This document shows, piece by piece, positions 17,288-25,939 of a DNA stretch of 64,000 nt. Positions within the stretch are counted from its first letter, which is position 1. Each line of letters opens with the position of its first letter. Under the pieces are notes generated by a model. The model was not told where the DNA came from. It saw nothing but the letters and a program-made list of their open reading frames with translations, and made no database searches. The translations under genes were made by a program, and so were the position numbers. The stretch is from Desulfitobacteriia bacterium (GTDB taxonomy: Bacteria > Bacillota > Desulfitobacteriia > Desulfitobacteriales > Syntrophobotulaceae), in NCBI GenBank assembly GCA_050949905.1, contig JBMNGP010000038.1, positions 10-64,009 on the forward strand, written 5' to 3'.

Positions 17288-18391
17288 ATGTTTGGACATA
17301 GTAAAAAGTTTGGCTTGTTTTCTAAAGGCTCAGGAGGGCTGGGCGGGCCAGGCCCTATGGGCCCGCGCCAGCTTGCTTTAGTACCCGCCGAAGGTGTATC
17401 AGGAAACGGTATGGCGACAATCGGCTTGGATAATACCTTTTCTTTATTAGCTCACTTACCGCCGCCGCATAATATGAGCCCTTATGCTCCGGCAGTTTAC
17501 GCCGCTTATTTGGTAGACTCCAAAGGAAAAAACGGTTTTTACGCCGGAACTTTGCGACCGGCAGGGAACGGGATGTACCAGGTCAATTTCCGCAGTCCTG
17601 TTCCTTTGGTGCATTTTAATAAGGTTGTTGTTTCTTTGGAAAGCCCGCAAGGGATAGGGCAGGCTCCCCAAGGGCCGATTGTTATGAAAGTCAAAGAAGG
17701 GTTATTGGATAGCTTGGGGCCGGTGAGGAAGATTGGCGGAGATATGTGGGGTAAGGTTAAGGGATTTGTGGGCAGCCGTTTTGGCGGTAAGGCTGAGGAG
17801 ATCCCCGAGGAGGTTCCCGGCGGCCGGCAAGAGTCCTCAGCCGCTTATCAATATTCCGGCCAGGGAGGTTACCAACAGCAGGGGGGTTATGCCCAGGGCG
17901 GCTATACTCAAGCGCAAGGTTATTCCCAGCGGAGTTCTTACCCGCCAAACACGTATGGGTATCAGCATAATAGCTTTCCTCGCAGTCGGGGCTTGTATCC
18001 TCAGGGCATTTCCCAGCAAAGGCCTTTTGCCGGCCAGCCGGCAGCACCTTATACCCCATACAATCCTCAGTATACTCCGGCGCCGGCACCTGGAGCCGCC
18101 CAGGCCCAGCCGCAGGCTCCATATTATTCTGCTCAGCCTCAGCCGCAGGCTCCCTATTATCCCGCCCAGCCTCAGCCGAGCCAACAGTATGCTCCTATGC
18201 AGCAGCCTCAGGTTATGAAGCAGCCTCAGGTTACGCAGCAGCCCCAGCAGGCTCCCGGCCAACAGAGCAGCGATCCGCAGGTATCGATGGGTTCCCAAAC
18301 TGCCGCCCCTAATAATGCCGCCTCAGAGCAGTCCTTAGCCGGTCAGGCGCAGCAGACTTCATCGGCAACAAACGAGAGTGGCATTGAGTAA
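17288..18391 (+). CDS. Hypothetical protein with a folded N-terminal domain and a ~190-aa Q/P/Y/G-rich low-complexity C-terminal region
   Basis: The RBS GGGAGGGG precedes ATG 17288. The C-terminus reads GGYQQQGGYAQGGYTQAQGYSQ...PQAPYYSAQPQPQAPYYPAQPQP... Confidence 0.65.
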   Translation: MFGHSKKFGLFSKGSGGLGGPGPMGPRQLALVPAEGVSGNGMATIGLDNTFSLLAHLPPPHNMSPYAPAVYAAYLVDSKGKNGFYAGTLRPAGNGMYQVNFRSPVPLVHFNKVVVSLESPQGIGQAPQGPIVMKVKEGLLDSLGPVRKIGGDMWGKVKGFVGSRFGGKAEEIPEEVPGGRQESSAAYQYSGQGGYQQQGGYAQGGYTQAQGYSQRSSYPPNTYGYQHNSFPRSRGLYPQGISQQRPFAGQPAAPYTPYNPQYTPAPAPGAAQAQPQAPYYSAQPQPQAPYYPAQPQPSQQYAPMQQPQVMKQPQVTQQPQQAPGQQSSDPQVSMGSQTAAPNNAASEQSLAGQAQQTSSATNESGIE

Positions 18392-18424
18392 GCTTTAGTC
18401 CAAGTCACTCCTTAATTATAAGCA

Positions 18425-18460
18425 ACCGCACTTGACCAAGTGGCTAAGTGCGGTTTTTTT
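18425..18460 (+). terminator. Intrinsic terminator
   Basis: ACCGCACTT pairs with AAGTGCGGT, followed by T7. Confidence 0.8.
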
Positions 18461-18524
18461 AAGGTATAGGTTGTATCTTATTTTAAAGGATAGCTTGTAT
18501 CTTATTTTATGGTATAGTAGTGTC

Positions 18525-19133
18525 TTATTTGTTGCTATTGTTATTTGCAGTAGTTGATTCTTTAGCTTTAAAGAGAGGTTCGAGAACAAAATAGAGTATT
18601 AAGGCAGCCAGTGGTACCAGGTACCCTGGCACATTTTTTATTTCTTTGAGCTGAATAGTATAAAGGGTGGCTGTTTTACTGGTTGGGGCAGTAAATGGTG
18701 AACTGAAAGAAAGGTTAAAGGACATGCCCAGGGGAAGAAGCGGTGAGGACTCTTCGGGTTGTTGTTGGTTTTGCCGGCGGCGCCACGGTAAAGTCTGGCC
18801 ATAGGTATAGGTCTGCCGCATAACATTTAAGTCCGGCAGAGCGGTGCTTAGACTCGGGGACAGAATACTGTAATATGGACCGTAATACCACTTGATTAGC
18901 ATAGCTGTAATTAATTCCAAAATAATAATAATAAAGTAAGCATAGGGGATGTCTTTTTTAAAAAAAGGAATAATGATGGTCGCGGCCGGGCTGTTTACAT
19001 GGCTAAAGAAACTTTCGGAGATCAGAAGGGAAACGAAAAAAGGGACGGTATGAGGGGAAGAGGTTTTGGCCGCAGTATAGCTTTCCGAGCCATGATCTAA
19101 ATTCAAGCTATGCTGTTCTGTGAATAATGACAT
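18525..19133 (-). CDS. Hypothetical membrane protein
   Basis: The ORF has an RBS-like AAAGGA 6 nt upstream and hydrophobic segments. I recognise no family motif. Confidence 0.4.
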   Translation of the reverse strand: MSLFTEQHSLNLDHGSESYTAAKTSSPHTVPFFVSLLISESFFSHVNSPAATIIIPFFKKDIPYAYFIIIILELITAMLIKWYYGPYYSILSPSLSTALPDLNVMRQTYTYGQTLPWRRRQNQQQPEESSPLLPLGMSFNLSFSSPFTAPTSKTATLYTIQLKEIKNVPGYLVPLAALILYFVLEPLFKAKESTTANNNSNK

Positions 19134-19195
19134 TAGTATCCTTTCCCCCCAAAAGATAGGATGATAATTTTCGCTGCCTGCCGGCTGCTTAGAAG

Positions 19196-19720
19196 TTATT
19201 TATTTTTGAAGTCACCAAGATTAAAGCCTTCCGGCAGATTGAACCCCTCAGGTAGCTTGAAACCATCAGGCAGCTTGAAACCCTCCGGAATCTCCATCTT
19301 CGGGCCATCCTTGCCGCCGCCGATATTGTCCAGGAGCTGTTGGGCAAGGTTTTTTAGCTCTTTAGGAAGTGGCAGCTGGTCAGCACTGGGCATGCCGTAA
19401 ATTGTGGTGGTAATGGTTAGGTTCACGGTGGCCATGAGTCTTTCGAAGTCCTGCTGGTGAGTGAAAAAAGTGCGGATTGCCGGGTGCTGACGCATGAGGC
19501 GCATCTTCAAATCTATTAAGGCTACAGTATCTTTTTCGGAAGGTACTTTACTGAACATTTGCGATGCAACCAGATTGCGTTCTTTTTCCTGGTATTCTTC
19601 AAAGGCTTTGGCAGCTGCGGGGTCTTTTTTGATTTCGGCTTCGGCTTCCTTAAGTTTAATTATTTCCGGAGTTTTGAGAAGTGCTTCACCTAGTTCGCGA
19701 GCTTTTTGAATGTATTCCAT
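19196..19720 (-). CDS. YlbF/YmcA-family regulator-like protein with a C-terminal PEGF(K/N)L hexapeptide repeat
   Basis: MEYIQKARELGEALLKTPEIIKLKEAEAEIKKDPAAAKAFEEYQ fits the YlbF pattern. An 18-bp repeat occurs about four times at roughly 19205-19290. ATG 19720 is preferred over GTG 19735. Confidence 0.65.
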   Translation of the reverse strand: MEYIQKARELGEALLKTPEIIKLKEAEAEIKKDPAAAKAFEEYQEKERNLVASQMFSKVPSEKDTVALIDLKMRLMRQHPAIRTFFTHQQDFERLMATVNLTITTTIYGMPSADQLPLPKELKNLAQQLLDNIGGGKDGPKMEIPEGFKLPDGFKLPEGFNLPEGFNLGDFKNK

Positions 19721-19861
19721 CTTTTTTCCGGACACCTCCTTTGTATCAAGTTATGCAGTCGGGAAGGTTTAAGTGTCTTGTATTTTTAGAGCGAAAAAGG
19801 TAATTTGCTTAAGGAATTAGGTGATATGGGAAGGAATTAGGGCAATTATGTAGAAAAGTAT

Positions 19862-20611
19862 TTGCAAGGAGGTATGGAAATGCGTATCTACCGTTTAGAG
19901 ATTCGGTTGATTCAACTTTCGGTGATATTAACCATGATAATCATGGTTTTTGGTTTGGTTAATGTTTGGCAGGGAAATGCTGATGCCGAGCCGGCGGGGG
20001 GGCAAAATCCTCCCCAAAGCGGCACGGAAACCCCTGCAGATCCGGGGACAGAGGATCCTGGGGATAAGCAGCCGGTTAACACCAAGATTGTTTGCCTCGG
20101 TGATTCTTATACCATTGGCTGGCCGGGAGATGCCAAGGATTCCTGGCCTGCCCGGTTGGGTGAAATATTAAAGATAGAAGTAATTAATGCCGGGCAATCC
20201 TATCAGAATACTGAAGATTTGTTGGAACGATTTGACCAGGATGTTGTTGCTCATCAACCGGGGAGGGTCATAATTTTTGCCGGAGTGGGAGATGCCTTGA
20301 GGGATAAGCCTTTTGAGGAGTTTCAGAGCAATATTAAGGCTTTGGTAGAAAAAGCCGAAGCTAACCATATCATTCCGATCTTGGCCTATACCATTCCTTT
20401 CCCCGGGACAGAAGAACTTTATAAGGCTTACCGCGAGTGGCAGGAAGCCTATGCTCTGGAAAAGAAACTGCAAGTCTTGAATTTTAAAGAAGTCCTCTTT
20501 GGTGATGAAGATAAGCTCCTGAAGGAGTATGCCGATAAAAATTACCCTAATTATCCCAATAAAGACGGACACGCTGCTATGGCTGATTATGCCGCCAGGG
20601 TCCTGAAGTAA
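19862..20611 (+). CDS. SGNH/GDSL-family hydrolase with an N-terminal membrane anchor
   Basis: It contains the VCLGDSYT (GDS) block and downstream SGNH-like blocks. Confidence 0.7.
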   Translation: MQGGMEMRIYRLEIRLIQLSVILTMIIMVFGLVNVWQGNADAEPAGGQNPPQSGTETPADPGTEDPGDKQPVNTKIVCLGDSYTIGWPGDAKDSWPARLGEILKIEVINAGQSYQNTEDLLERFDQDVVAHQPGRVIIFAGVGDALRDKPFEEFQSNIKALVEKAEANHIIPILAYTIPFPGTEELYKAYREWQEAYALEKKLQVLNFKEVLFGDEDKLLKEYADKNYPNYPNKDGHAAMADYAARVLK

Positions 20612-20664
20612 GTGGGACAAGGGTGGGACAAGGGTGGGACAAGGGGACGGTTCTCTTGTCCCAC
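20612..20664 (+). repeat. REP-like palindromic element: three GTGGGACAAGG(G) direct repeats, the last forming the 5' arm of the terminal hairpin
   Basis: The sequence is GTGGGACAAGGGTGGGACAAGGGTGGGACAAGGGGACGGTTCTCTTGTCCCAC followed by TTTT. It starts 1 nt after the stop codon. Confidence 0.85.
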
Positions 20665-20685
20665 TTTTCCCCCTTGCCCCTTTTT

Positions 20686-21438
20686 TTAGTGAGGGAGGAA
20701 AGCCGCGATCATCGCAAAAAAGGCGAATCCCAAAGTTCCGCCTAAATATGCCCAGAGGGGGTGGCGTTCCCGGGCTAGGGGCAGGAGTTCGGCCAGAACC
20801 AAAAGGGTCATAGCCCCTGCCGCTAAGGAAACAAAAAAGCAAAGGGAAGTATTGACTGTCCCTAAAGCTAGTTTACCCAGGAGTGCTCCCAAAGGAGTGA
20901 AGAAGGCGATGGCAAAGGTTAGAGCCAAGATTTTTTGCCGGCGGATTCCGGCCATAATGAGCGGAGTAGCTGTAGCCATGCCTTCCGGTAAGTTATGCAG
21001 CGCGATGCCCATGGCGATCAGTGTCCCCAAGTGCCCGGTTGATTCCTGGCCAACGGCGATGGCCATTCCTTCGGGAATATCATGGAGGGCTATCCCGGAG
21101 GCAATGAGTATTCCTATTCTTTTCAAGCGGTTCCTGCGGCTTTTGGGGATGTTTTGGTGTTTGGATCTCAGCAGTTTATCGGCGGTTGACATAAAGATAA
21201 TGCCCATTAAAAAACCTGCTAAGAACTGAAAGGGCTGTCGATAACTTAAGGCTACAGGTATCAGATCTAAGAAGACTACGGCCAGCATGACCCCGCCGGC
21301 TCCGGCTAAGAGAGCTGAGAGCAGCCTTTCCGGGGGATGCCCGAGAAAGAGAACAATAACACAGCCCAGGGTGGTAGCCAACCCTGCTATAGTGCTGATG
21401 TATATAAGGTAAAGAGGGGACTCAGAGGCTAAAAGCAT
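20686..21438 (-). CDS. ZIP-family zinc/metal transporter (ZupT-like)
   Basis: The 250-aa product has 8 TM segments and the motifs HDIPEGMAIA and HNLPEGMA. Confidence 0.85.
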   Translation of the reverse strand: MLLASESPLYLIYISTIAGLATTLGCVIVLFLGHPPERLLSALLAGAGGVMLAVVFLDLIPVALSYRQPFQFLAGFLMGIIFMSTADKLLRSKHQNIPKSRRNRLKRIGILIASGIALHDIPEGMAIAVGQESTGHLGTLIAMGIALHNLPEGMATATPLIMAGIRRQKILALTFAIAFFTPLGALLGKLALGTVNTSLCFFVSLAAGAMTLLVLAELLPLARERHPLWAYLGGTLGFAFFAMIAAFLPH

Positions 21439-21670
21439 TTTCCTCCTCCTGGCACTTAAAGCTTATTGTTCTTTTTGGCACGCTTAACGGGCAACTGCTT
21501 CCAATCCGGACTTGGCTTTGTTGCCGCCTTAATTTGCTATTGTCTCCTTGGTTAAAGGTATTCCGATTGTATAAAAAAATTCTTTAGTGGTAATAAATAC
21601 CATTAAAGAATTTTTTATTTTTCCGACTTTTTTAGTTTTGAGATTTTAGATTTAATAAGGAGAGAGTAAA

Positions 21671-22459
21671 GTGTTCGGTAAGAAGCGGTCTAACAGAAAT
21701 TATTTAGTGAAAAAGAGGATTAGCTTAGGACATGGCCTGGCAATTGGCTTGGGGATTTTGAGCTTGCTTTTAGCAGCGGGTTTGTTCCCCGGTCGGATGG
21801 AGGCCAATAGCCAGAGTTTGGATAGTATTATCAGGTTTCATGTGCTTGCCAATTCGGACAGTGCTGAAGATCAAAGCCTTAAGTATGCGGTACGCGATGC
21901 CATCTTAAAACAAATTGCCCCCAGACTTGCCAAGTCAGGCTCCTTGGAGGAATCCAGAAAAATTATCCGGGAAGCGGAAGATGAGCTGCTGACAGTCGCC
22001 AGAGATGTGGTCAGAGATTGGGGTCAGGATTACCCCGTTACCATTGCTTATGGCAAGCAGGTTTTTCCGACCAAATCCTATGGCAGGATTGTCCTTCCCG
22101 GAGGAACCTATGAAGCCGTGCAGGTAAAGATCGGCGCAGCCGAGGGAGCTAATTGGTGGTGTGTTTTGTTTCCTCCTTTGTGCTTCGTCAATGTGGAAGA
22201 ATCGACTACTCTTCCGGTTGACGGCAAAGCCGGTGTCCCGCTGGATACGGTAAAAAAACCTGAGCCTCGGGCGGAGCAAGGAAAAAAATCCGACGCTCAG
22301 GCGAGCCAAGCAAAAGAAGCCGGTATTCACGGGCAAATTTCTGAGGTTTCTCCGGCCGGAGGAAAGGAGCAAAGCAATCCAGGGGAAGAAAAAGGTGTTT
22401 GGAGCAAGGTAACTTATAAGGGAAAGAAGGTAGGCTTCTTTTTCAGCAGGTTTTTTTAA
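21671..22459 (+). CDS. spoIIR: Stage II sporulation protein R with a Lys/Glu-rich C-terminal extension
   Basis: The hallmark IRFHVLANSDSAEDQSLKYAVRDAIL is present, together with WWCVLFPPLCF. Confidence 0.88.
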   Translation: MFGKKRSNRNYLVKKRISLGHGLAIGLGILSLLLAAGLFPGRMEANSQSLDSIIRFHVLANSDSAEDQSLKYAVRDAILKQIAPRLAKSGSLEESRKIIREAEDELLTVARDVVRDWGQDYPVTIAYGKQVFPTKSYGRIVLPGGTYEAVQVKIGAAEGANWWCVLFPPLCFVNVEESTTLPVDGKAGVPLDTVKKPEPRAEQGKKSDAQASQAKEAGIHGQISEVSPAGGKEQSNPGEEKGVWSKVTYKGKKVGFFFSRFF

Positions 22460-22497
22460 ATGTTTTATGATTATCATTGAGTGAATTTTATAATTAA

Positions 22498-22528
22498 CGT
22501 CCTCCACAGCAGGAGGATGTTTTTATTT
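22498..22528 (+). terminator. Intrinsic terminator of spoIIR
   Basis: CGTCCTCC pairs with GGAGGATG (8 bp including one G-T pair), followed by TTTTTATTT. Confidence 0.7.
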
Positions 22529-22650
22529 GGGGGAATGTTTTATTTACTGGAGGATGTCTTTATTTAGAGGATGCCGTTATTTAAAGGATACTTTTATTTA
22601 GAGGATGTCTTATTAACAGGTGAGATTTTAGCAGAGGATGTTTTTTTAAT
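22511..22650 (+). repeat. About seven degenerate 17-19-bp direct repeats, AGGATGTNTTTATTTAG
   Basis: The copies read AGGAGGATGTTTTTATTTGG, GGGAATGTTTTATTTACT, GGAGGATGTCTTTATTTAG, AGGATGCCGTTATTTAA, AGGATACTTTTATTTAG, AGGATGTCTTATTAAC and AGAGGATGTTTTTTTAAT. Confidence 0.8.
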
Positions 22651-22735
22651 TTTCGGGGGAAATATGATTCTATAATTTTTGGACAAAGCATATTTGTATT
22701 TTAAGGAATTTCTAGTGATGAAAGGAGATGTTAAG

Positions 22736-23593
22736 ATGCGGAAAGCTGGGCTCCTGCTAACTTTCTTTTTATGTATTGCAGCTATTCTTTTGCTGGTTGG
22801 CTGCAATATTCTGGATAACCTGGTCAAAGACGGCGGCGGGACTGCTCCTTTAAGTCAACTTTTAAACCGCTACCAGGATAATAACACCAAGGATGCCACC
22901 CCGGTTATTACTACCCTGGAGCAGGGGGAGAGTACGATCAAGCTGTTTTTTGCGGATAAGAGCGGAACCCAATTAATCGAGGTCAGCCGTACTATCCCGA
23001 AAACTTTAAGTCTGGCGAAAGAGACCGTCAATCAGTGGCTCATGGGGCCGGCCGGCCAGGGGGATGTCTATCCTATAGCTAGTCCTGGAACTTCTCTGCG
23101 CAGTATTAACATTAAGAACGGGGTTGCCATAGTAGATTTAAGCAAAGAGTTTTTAGAACCCTACAGCAATGTAGCTGCGGAAACCGCTCTTTACGGTTTG
23201 GTGAACACCGTAGCTCAGTTTACGACTGTCGAGCTGGTAAAAATCAGAATCGAAGGCCAGGAAATTAATATGTATCGTGGTCTGGATTTAAGTAATTTAA
23301 GATTCCGCCATGATCTGATAGGCTATTCTTCCGGGCCAATATCTCAGGGAGCTTTAGTGGAGGAGGAAGAGGAACTTTCAGGCCATGATACTATGATAGC
23401 CGGCTGGGGAGCAGAAACCGGCAAAGGGCAAAAGGATGGAACCGTGCCTGAGACCTTAAGAGGGGCGGAGGCCGGAGCGGCCGCCGAGGGGGTAAATCCC
23501 GGGGGAACCGAAGCGGCAAGCGCTAAAGGTGGGGAAACTGCCGGCGGGTCTGCGAAGGATTCGCCAAGCTTGATCAATCTTTTCGACCATTAG
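22736..23593 (+). CDS. gerM: GerM-like (GerMN domain) sporulation/germination lipoprotein
   Basis: The RBS AAAGGAGA precedes ATG 22736. The lipobox is LLLVGC. GerMN-like blocks include IKLFFADKSG and VAIVDLSKEF. Confidence 0.75.
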   Translation: MRKAGLLLTFFLCIAAILLLVGCNILDNLVKDGGGTAPLSQLLNRYQDNNTKDATPVITTLEQGESTIKLFFADKSGTQLIEVSRTIPKTLSLAKETVNQWLMGPAGQGDVYPIASPGTSLRSINIKNGVAIVDLSKEFLEPYSNVAAETALYGLVNTVAQFTTVELVKIRIEGQEINMYRGLDLSNLRFRHDLIGYSSGPISQGALVEEEEELSGHDTMIAGWGAETGKGQKDGTVPETLRGAEAGAAAEGVNPGGTEAASAKGGETAGGSAKDSPSLINLFDH

Positions 23594-23760
23594 AACCAGA
23601 GAATTTGGTCAAATTTTCGAATAGCCGATAGGAATTTCGTCTAAAATTATAAGTTATTGAAAATTTATCTGGTATTTATTTCCGGTATATGGTAGAATAT
23701 TTTATAATCATTATACTTAATGTTTAAAAAATTCCGATTATATAAGAGTGGGGTGTTTAA

Positions 23761-24198
23761 ATGCTTGAGAACAAAGAATTAGCAGGTCATTTGGATAGTT
23801 TGCTGCAAAGGCTCAGCGTTTTAACCCACAGGCAGAAGAATCAATTTGCCGAGGAGATTGGGATCTCCAGGCAACAGTTCGATGTTTTGTGCATCATCTA
23901 TGAAAAAGGGCAGATAACCATGGGAGAACTGTGCAGAGAAATTTCTTCAGCCTGTAGTACGGCGACGGATTTGGCAGATAAACTGGAAAAGGCCGGGTAT
24001 GTGGAAAGAATTAGAGAGAAAAGAGATCGTCGGGTAGTTAGGTTAAATATTCTACCCAAAGGTGAAAAACTTATCAAGTCGGTTATCGAGCGGAGAGCCG
24101 GGCGGCTTGCCGGTATTATGAATACCTTTGAGGAAGAGGATTTAAAAAATACACTATCTTTCTTGGAAACTTTAACAGATAAACTGGAGAGATTATAA
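23761..24198 (+). CDS. MarR-family transcriptional regulator
   Basis: The 145-aa product has a winged HTH pattern, including DRRVVRLNILPKGE. Confidence 0.85.
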   Translation: MLENKELAGHLDSLLQRLSVLTHRQKNQFAEEIGISRQQFDVLCIIYEKGQITMGELCREISSACSTATDLADKLEKAGYVERIREKRDRRVVRLNILPKGEKLIKSVIERRAGRLAGIMNTFEEEDLKNTLSFLETLTDKLERL

Positions 24199-24272
24199 GT
24201 CTTAAAAAAATTATTCAAGCAGTAAAGGTTATTTAATATTCGAAATAATTTGATTACTGAAATAATCTAATC

Positions 24273-24320
24273 GATAAATCAATAAATCAATAAATCAATA
24301 AATCAATAAATCATTAGATC
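24273..24320. repeat. 8-bp microsatellite (AATAAATC), about six copies
   Basis: The sequence reads GATAAATC AATAAATC AATAAATC AATAAATC AATAAATC ATTAGATC. Confidence 0.9.
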
Positions 24321-24489
24321 ATTTAATTTCTCTGCTATTTAACATTTTTGTTCTAATTAATTAGGCAAAAATGTTTTTGTTTTGTTTTCCTTGAAGCCTT
24401 ATAATGAGTTATAATTAGCGGTAAAAGTATATCAAGCGCCTTTTATTTTTAAGGAAAGCTGCCAGACATATTTTTAAACGGAGGTAAAA

Positions 24490-25356
24490 GTGAAGATAAT
24501 TCATGTCCAAGAGATTATTAACGCAGTGGAAAGGCTCTCTATTGAAGCTAATTGCCTTCTTAATGCCGATTTGCAAAATGCCCTGGAAATGGCTTTGTCT
24601 TCAGAGGAGTCTCCCCAAGGGCGGGAGGTAATTGAATTATTGCTCCAGAATGCTGCTATTGCAGCGCAGGAAGGGATGCCTATTTGCCAGGATACCGGGA
24701 TGGCGGTACTTTTTGTGGAAGTGGGGCAGGATTTGCAGATTGTTGGCGGGAATTTAACTGAGGCTTTAAATGAAGGCGTGCGCAGGGGCTATGCGAAAGG
24801 CTGTTTGCGCAAATCGGTGGTCCAAGATCCTTTCCAGAGGGTCAATACCGGGGATAACACCCCTGCCGTTATTCATTATGATATAGTCCCCGGAGATAAG
24901 CTTGCCATAACCTTGGCTCCCAAAGGTTTCGGCAGCGAGAATATGGGAGCCTTGAAGATGCTCAAGCCTTCCGATGGCTTGGCAGGGGTTATGGATTTTG
25001 TAGTCAATACCGTACATCAGGCCGGGGCTAATCCCTGTCCGCCCATTATTGTCGGGGTAGGGGTAGGCGGAACCATGGAAAAAGCAGCTCTCTTGGCTAA
25101 AAAAGCCTTGATCAGACCGCTCGGGACTAACCATCCTGAACCTGAATATGCCCAAATAGAACAGGAATTACTGCGGAGAATTAATAATCTGGGAATCGGC
25201 CCCCAAGGCTTCGGCGGCAGGAATACGGCTTTAGCCGTGCATTTAGAGGCTTTTCCCACCCATATTGCCGGTTTGCCGGTTGCTGTAAATATCAACTGCC
25301 ATGTAGCCAGGCACCGGCAGTTCGTTCTGGAAGGGAGGGAGTCCGCCGGTGAATAA
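24490..25356 (+). CDS. Class I (Fe-S) fumarate/tartrate hydro-lyase, alpha subunit
   Basis: The 288-aa product contains PICQDTGMAV and other Fe-S hydro-lyase alpha-type blocks. Its end overlaps the start of the beta subunit gene. Confidence 0.85.
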   Translation: MKIIHVQEIINAVERLSIEANCLLNADLQNALEMALSSEESPQGREVIELLLQNAAIAAQEGMPICQDTGMAVLFVEVGQDLQIVGGNLTEALNEGVRRGYAKGCLRKSVVQDPFQRVNTGDNTPAVIHYDIVPGDKLAITLAPKGFGSENMGALKMLKPSDGLAGVMDFVVNTVHQAGANPCPPIIVGVGVGGTMEKAALLAKKALIRPLGTNHPEPEYAQIEQELLRRINNLGIGPQGFGGRNTALAVHLEAFPTHIAGLPVAVNINCHVARHRQFVLEGRESAGE

Positions 25357-25939
25357 CTCAATGAATAATAAACAGCAGTTTGCTAAAGAAAAGCGAATCA
25401 CAACCCCTTTAGACGAGGAGACCGCTAATTCCTTAAAATGCGGGGAAAAAGTCCTGTTAAGCGGAGTAATTTATACCGGGCGGGATGCCGCCCATAAGAA
25501 AATAGTTGAGGCTTTGGGCCGCGGGGAAGCTTTGCCTTTTGATTTAAAGGGTCAGGTGATCTATTATGTGGGGCCTACACCGGCACCCGCAGGCAAAGTG
25601 ATTGGTTCGGCAGGGCCTACGACCAGCGGCCGAATGGATGCCTATGCGCCGCTGCTTATTGCCGAGGGGTTAAAAGGGATGCTCGGCAAAGGGCTGCGTT
25701 CCCGGGAAGTGATTGAGGCTATGAAGCAGTATGGAGCGGTTTATTTGGGAGCAATCGGCGGGGCAGGTGCCCTGCTCGGAGCTTGCATCAAGGAAGCGGA
25801 AATTATTGCTTTTCCTGAGCTGGGGCCCGAAGCAGTCCGCCGCTTGGTGGTGGAAGATTTCCCCGCTATCGTGCTTATTGACAGTACCGGGCAGAATCTT
25901 TACGAGTTGGGTAAGGCCAAGTACCGGAGAGCAGATTAA
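25349..25939 (+). CDS. Class I (Fe-S) fumarate/tartrate hydro-lyase, beta subunit
   Basis: The 196-aa product contains LSGVIYTGRDAAHKK, GPTTSGRMD and the beta-type pattern. Confidence 0.85.
   Translation: MNNSMNNKQQFAKEKRITTPLDEETANSLKCGEKVLLSGVIYTGRDAAHKKIVEALGRGEALPFDLKGQVIYYVGPTPAPAGKVIGSAGPTTSGRMDAYAPLLIAEGLKGMLGKGLRSREVIEAMKQYGAVYLGAIGGAGALLGACIKEAEIIAFPELGPEAVRRLVVEDFPAIVLIDSTGQNLYELGKAKYRRAD

Noticed and set aside
17733-18298. Overlapping 121-161-aa ORFs in other frames and on the other strand of the Q/P-rich region.
   Set aside because: They are artefacts of the low-complexity GC-rich repeat sequence, which leaves all frames open. The 17288 frame has the RBS and a folded N-terminal domain.
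20168-22507. Long antisense ORFs (20168-20842, 20852-21229, 21935-22507).
   Set aside because: They are antisense to well-supported genes (SGNH hydrolase, ZIP transporter, spoIIR) and have biased nonsense composition.
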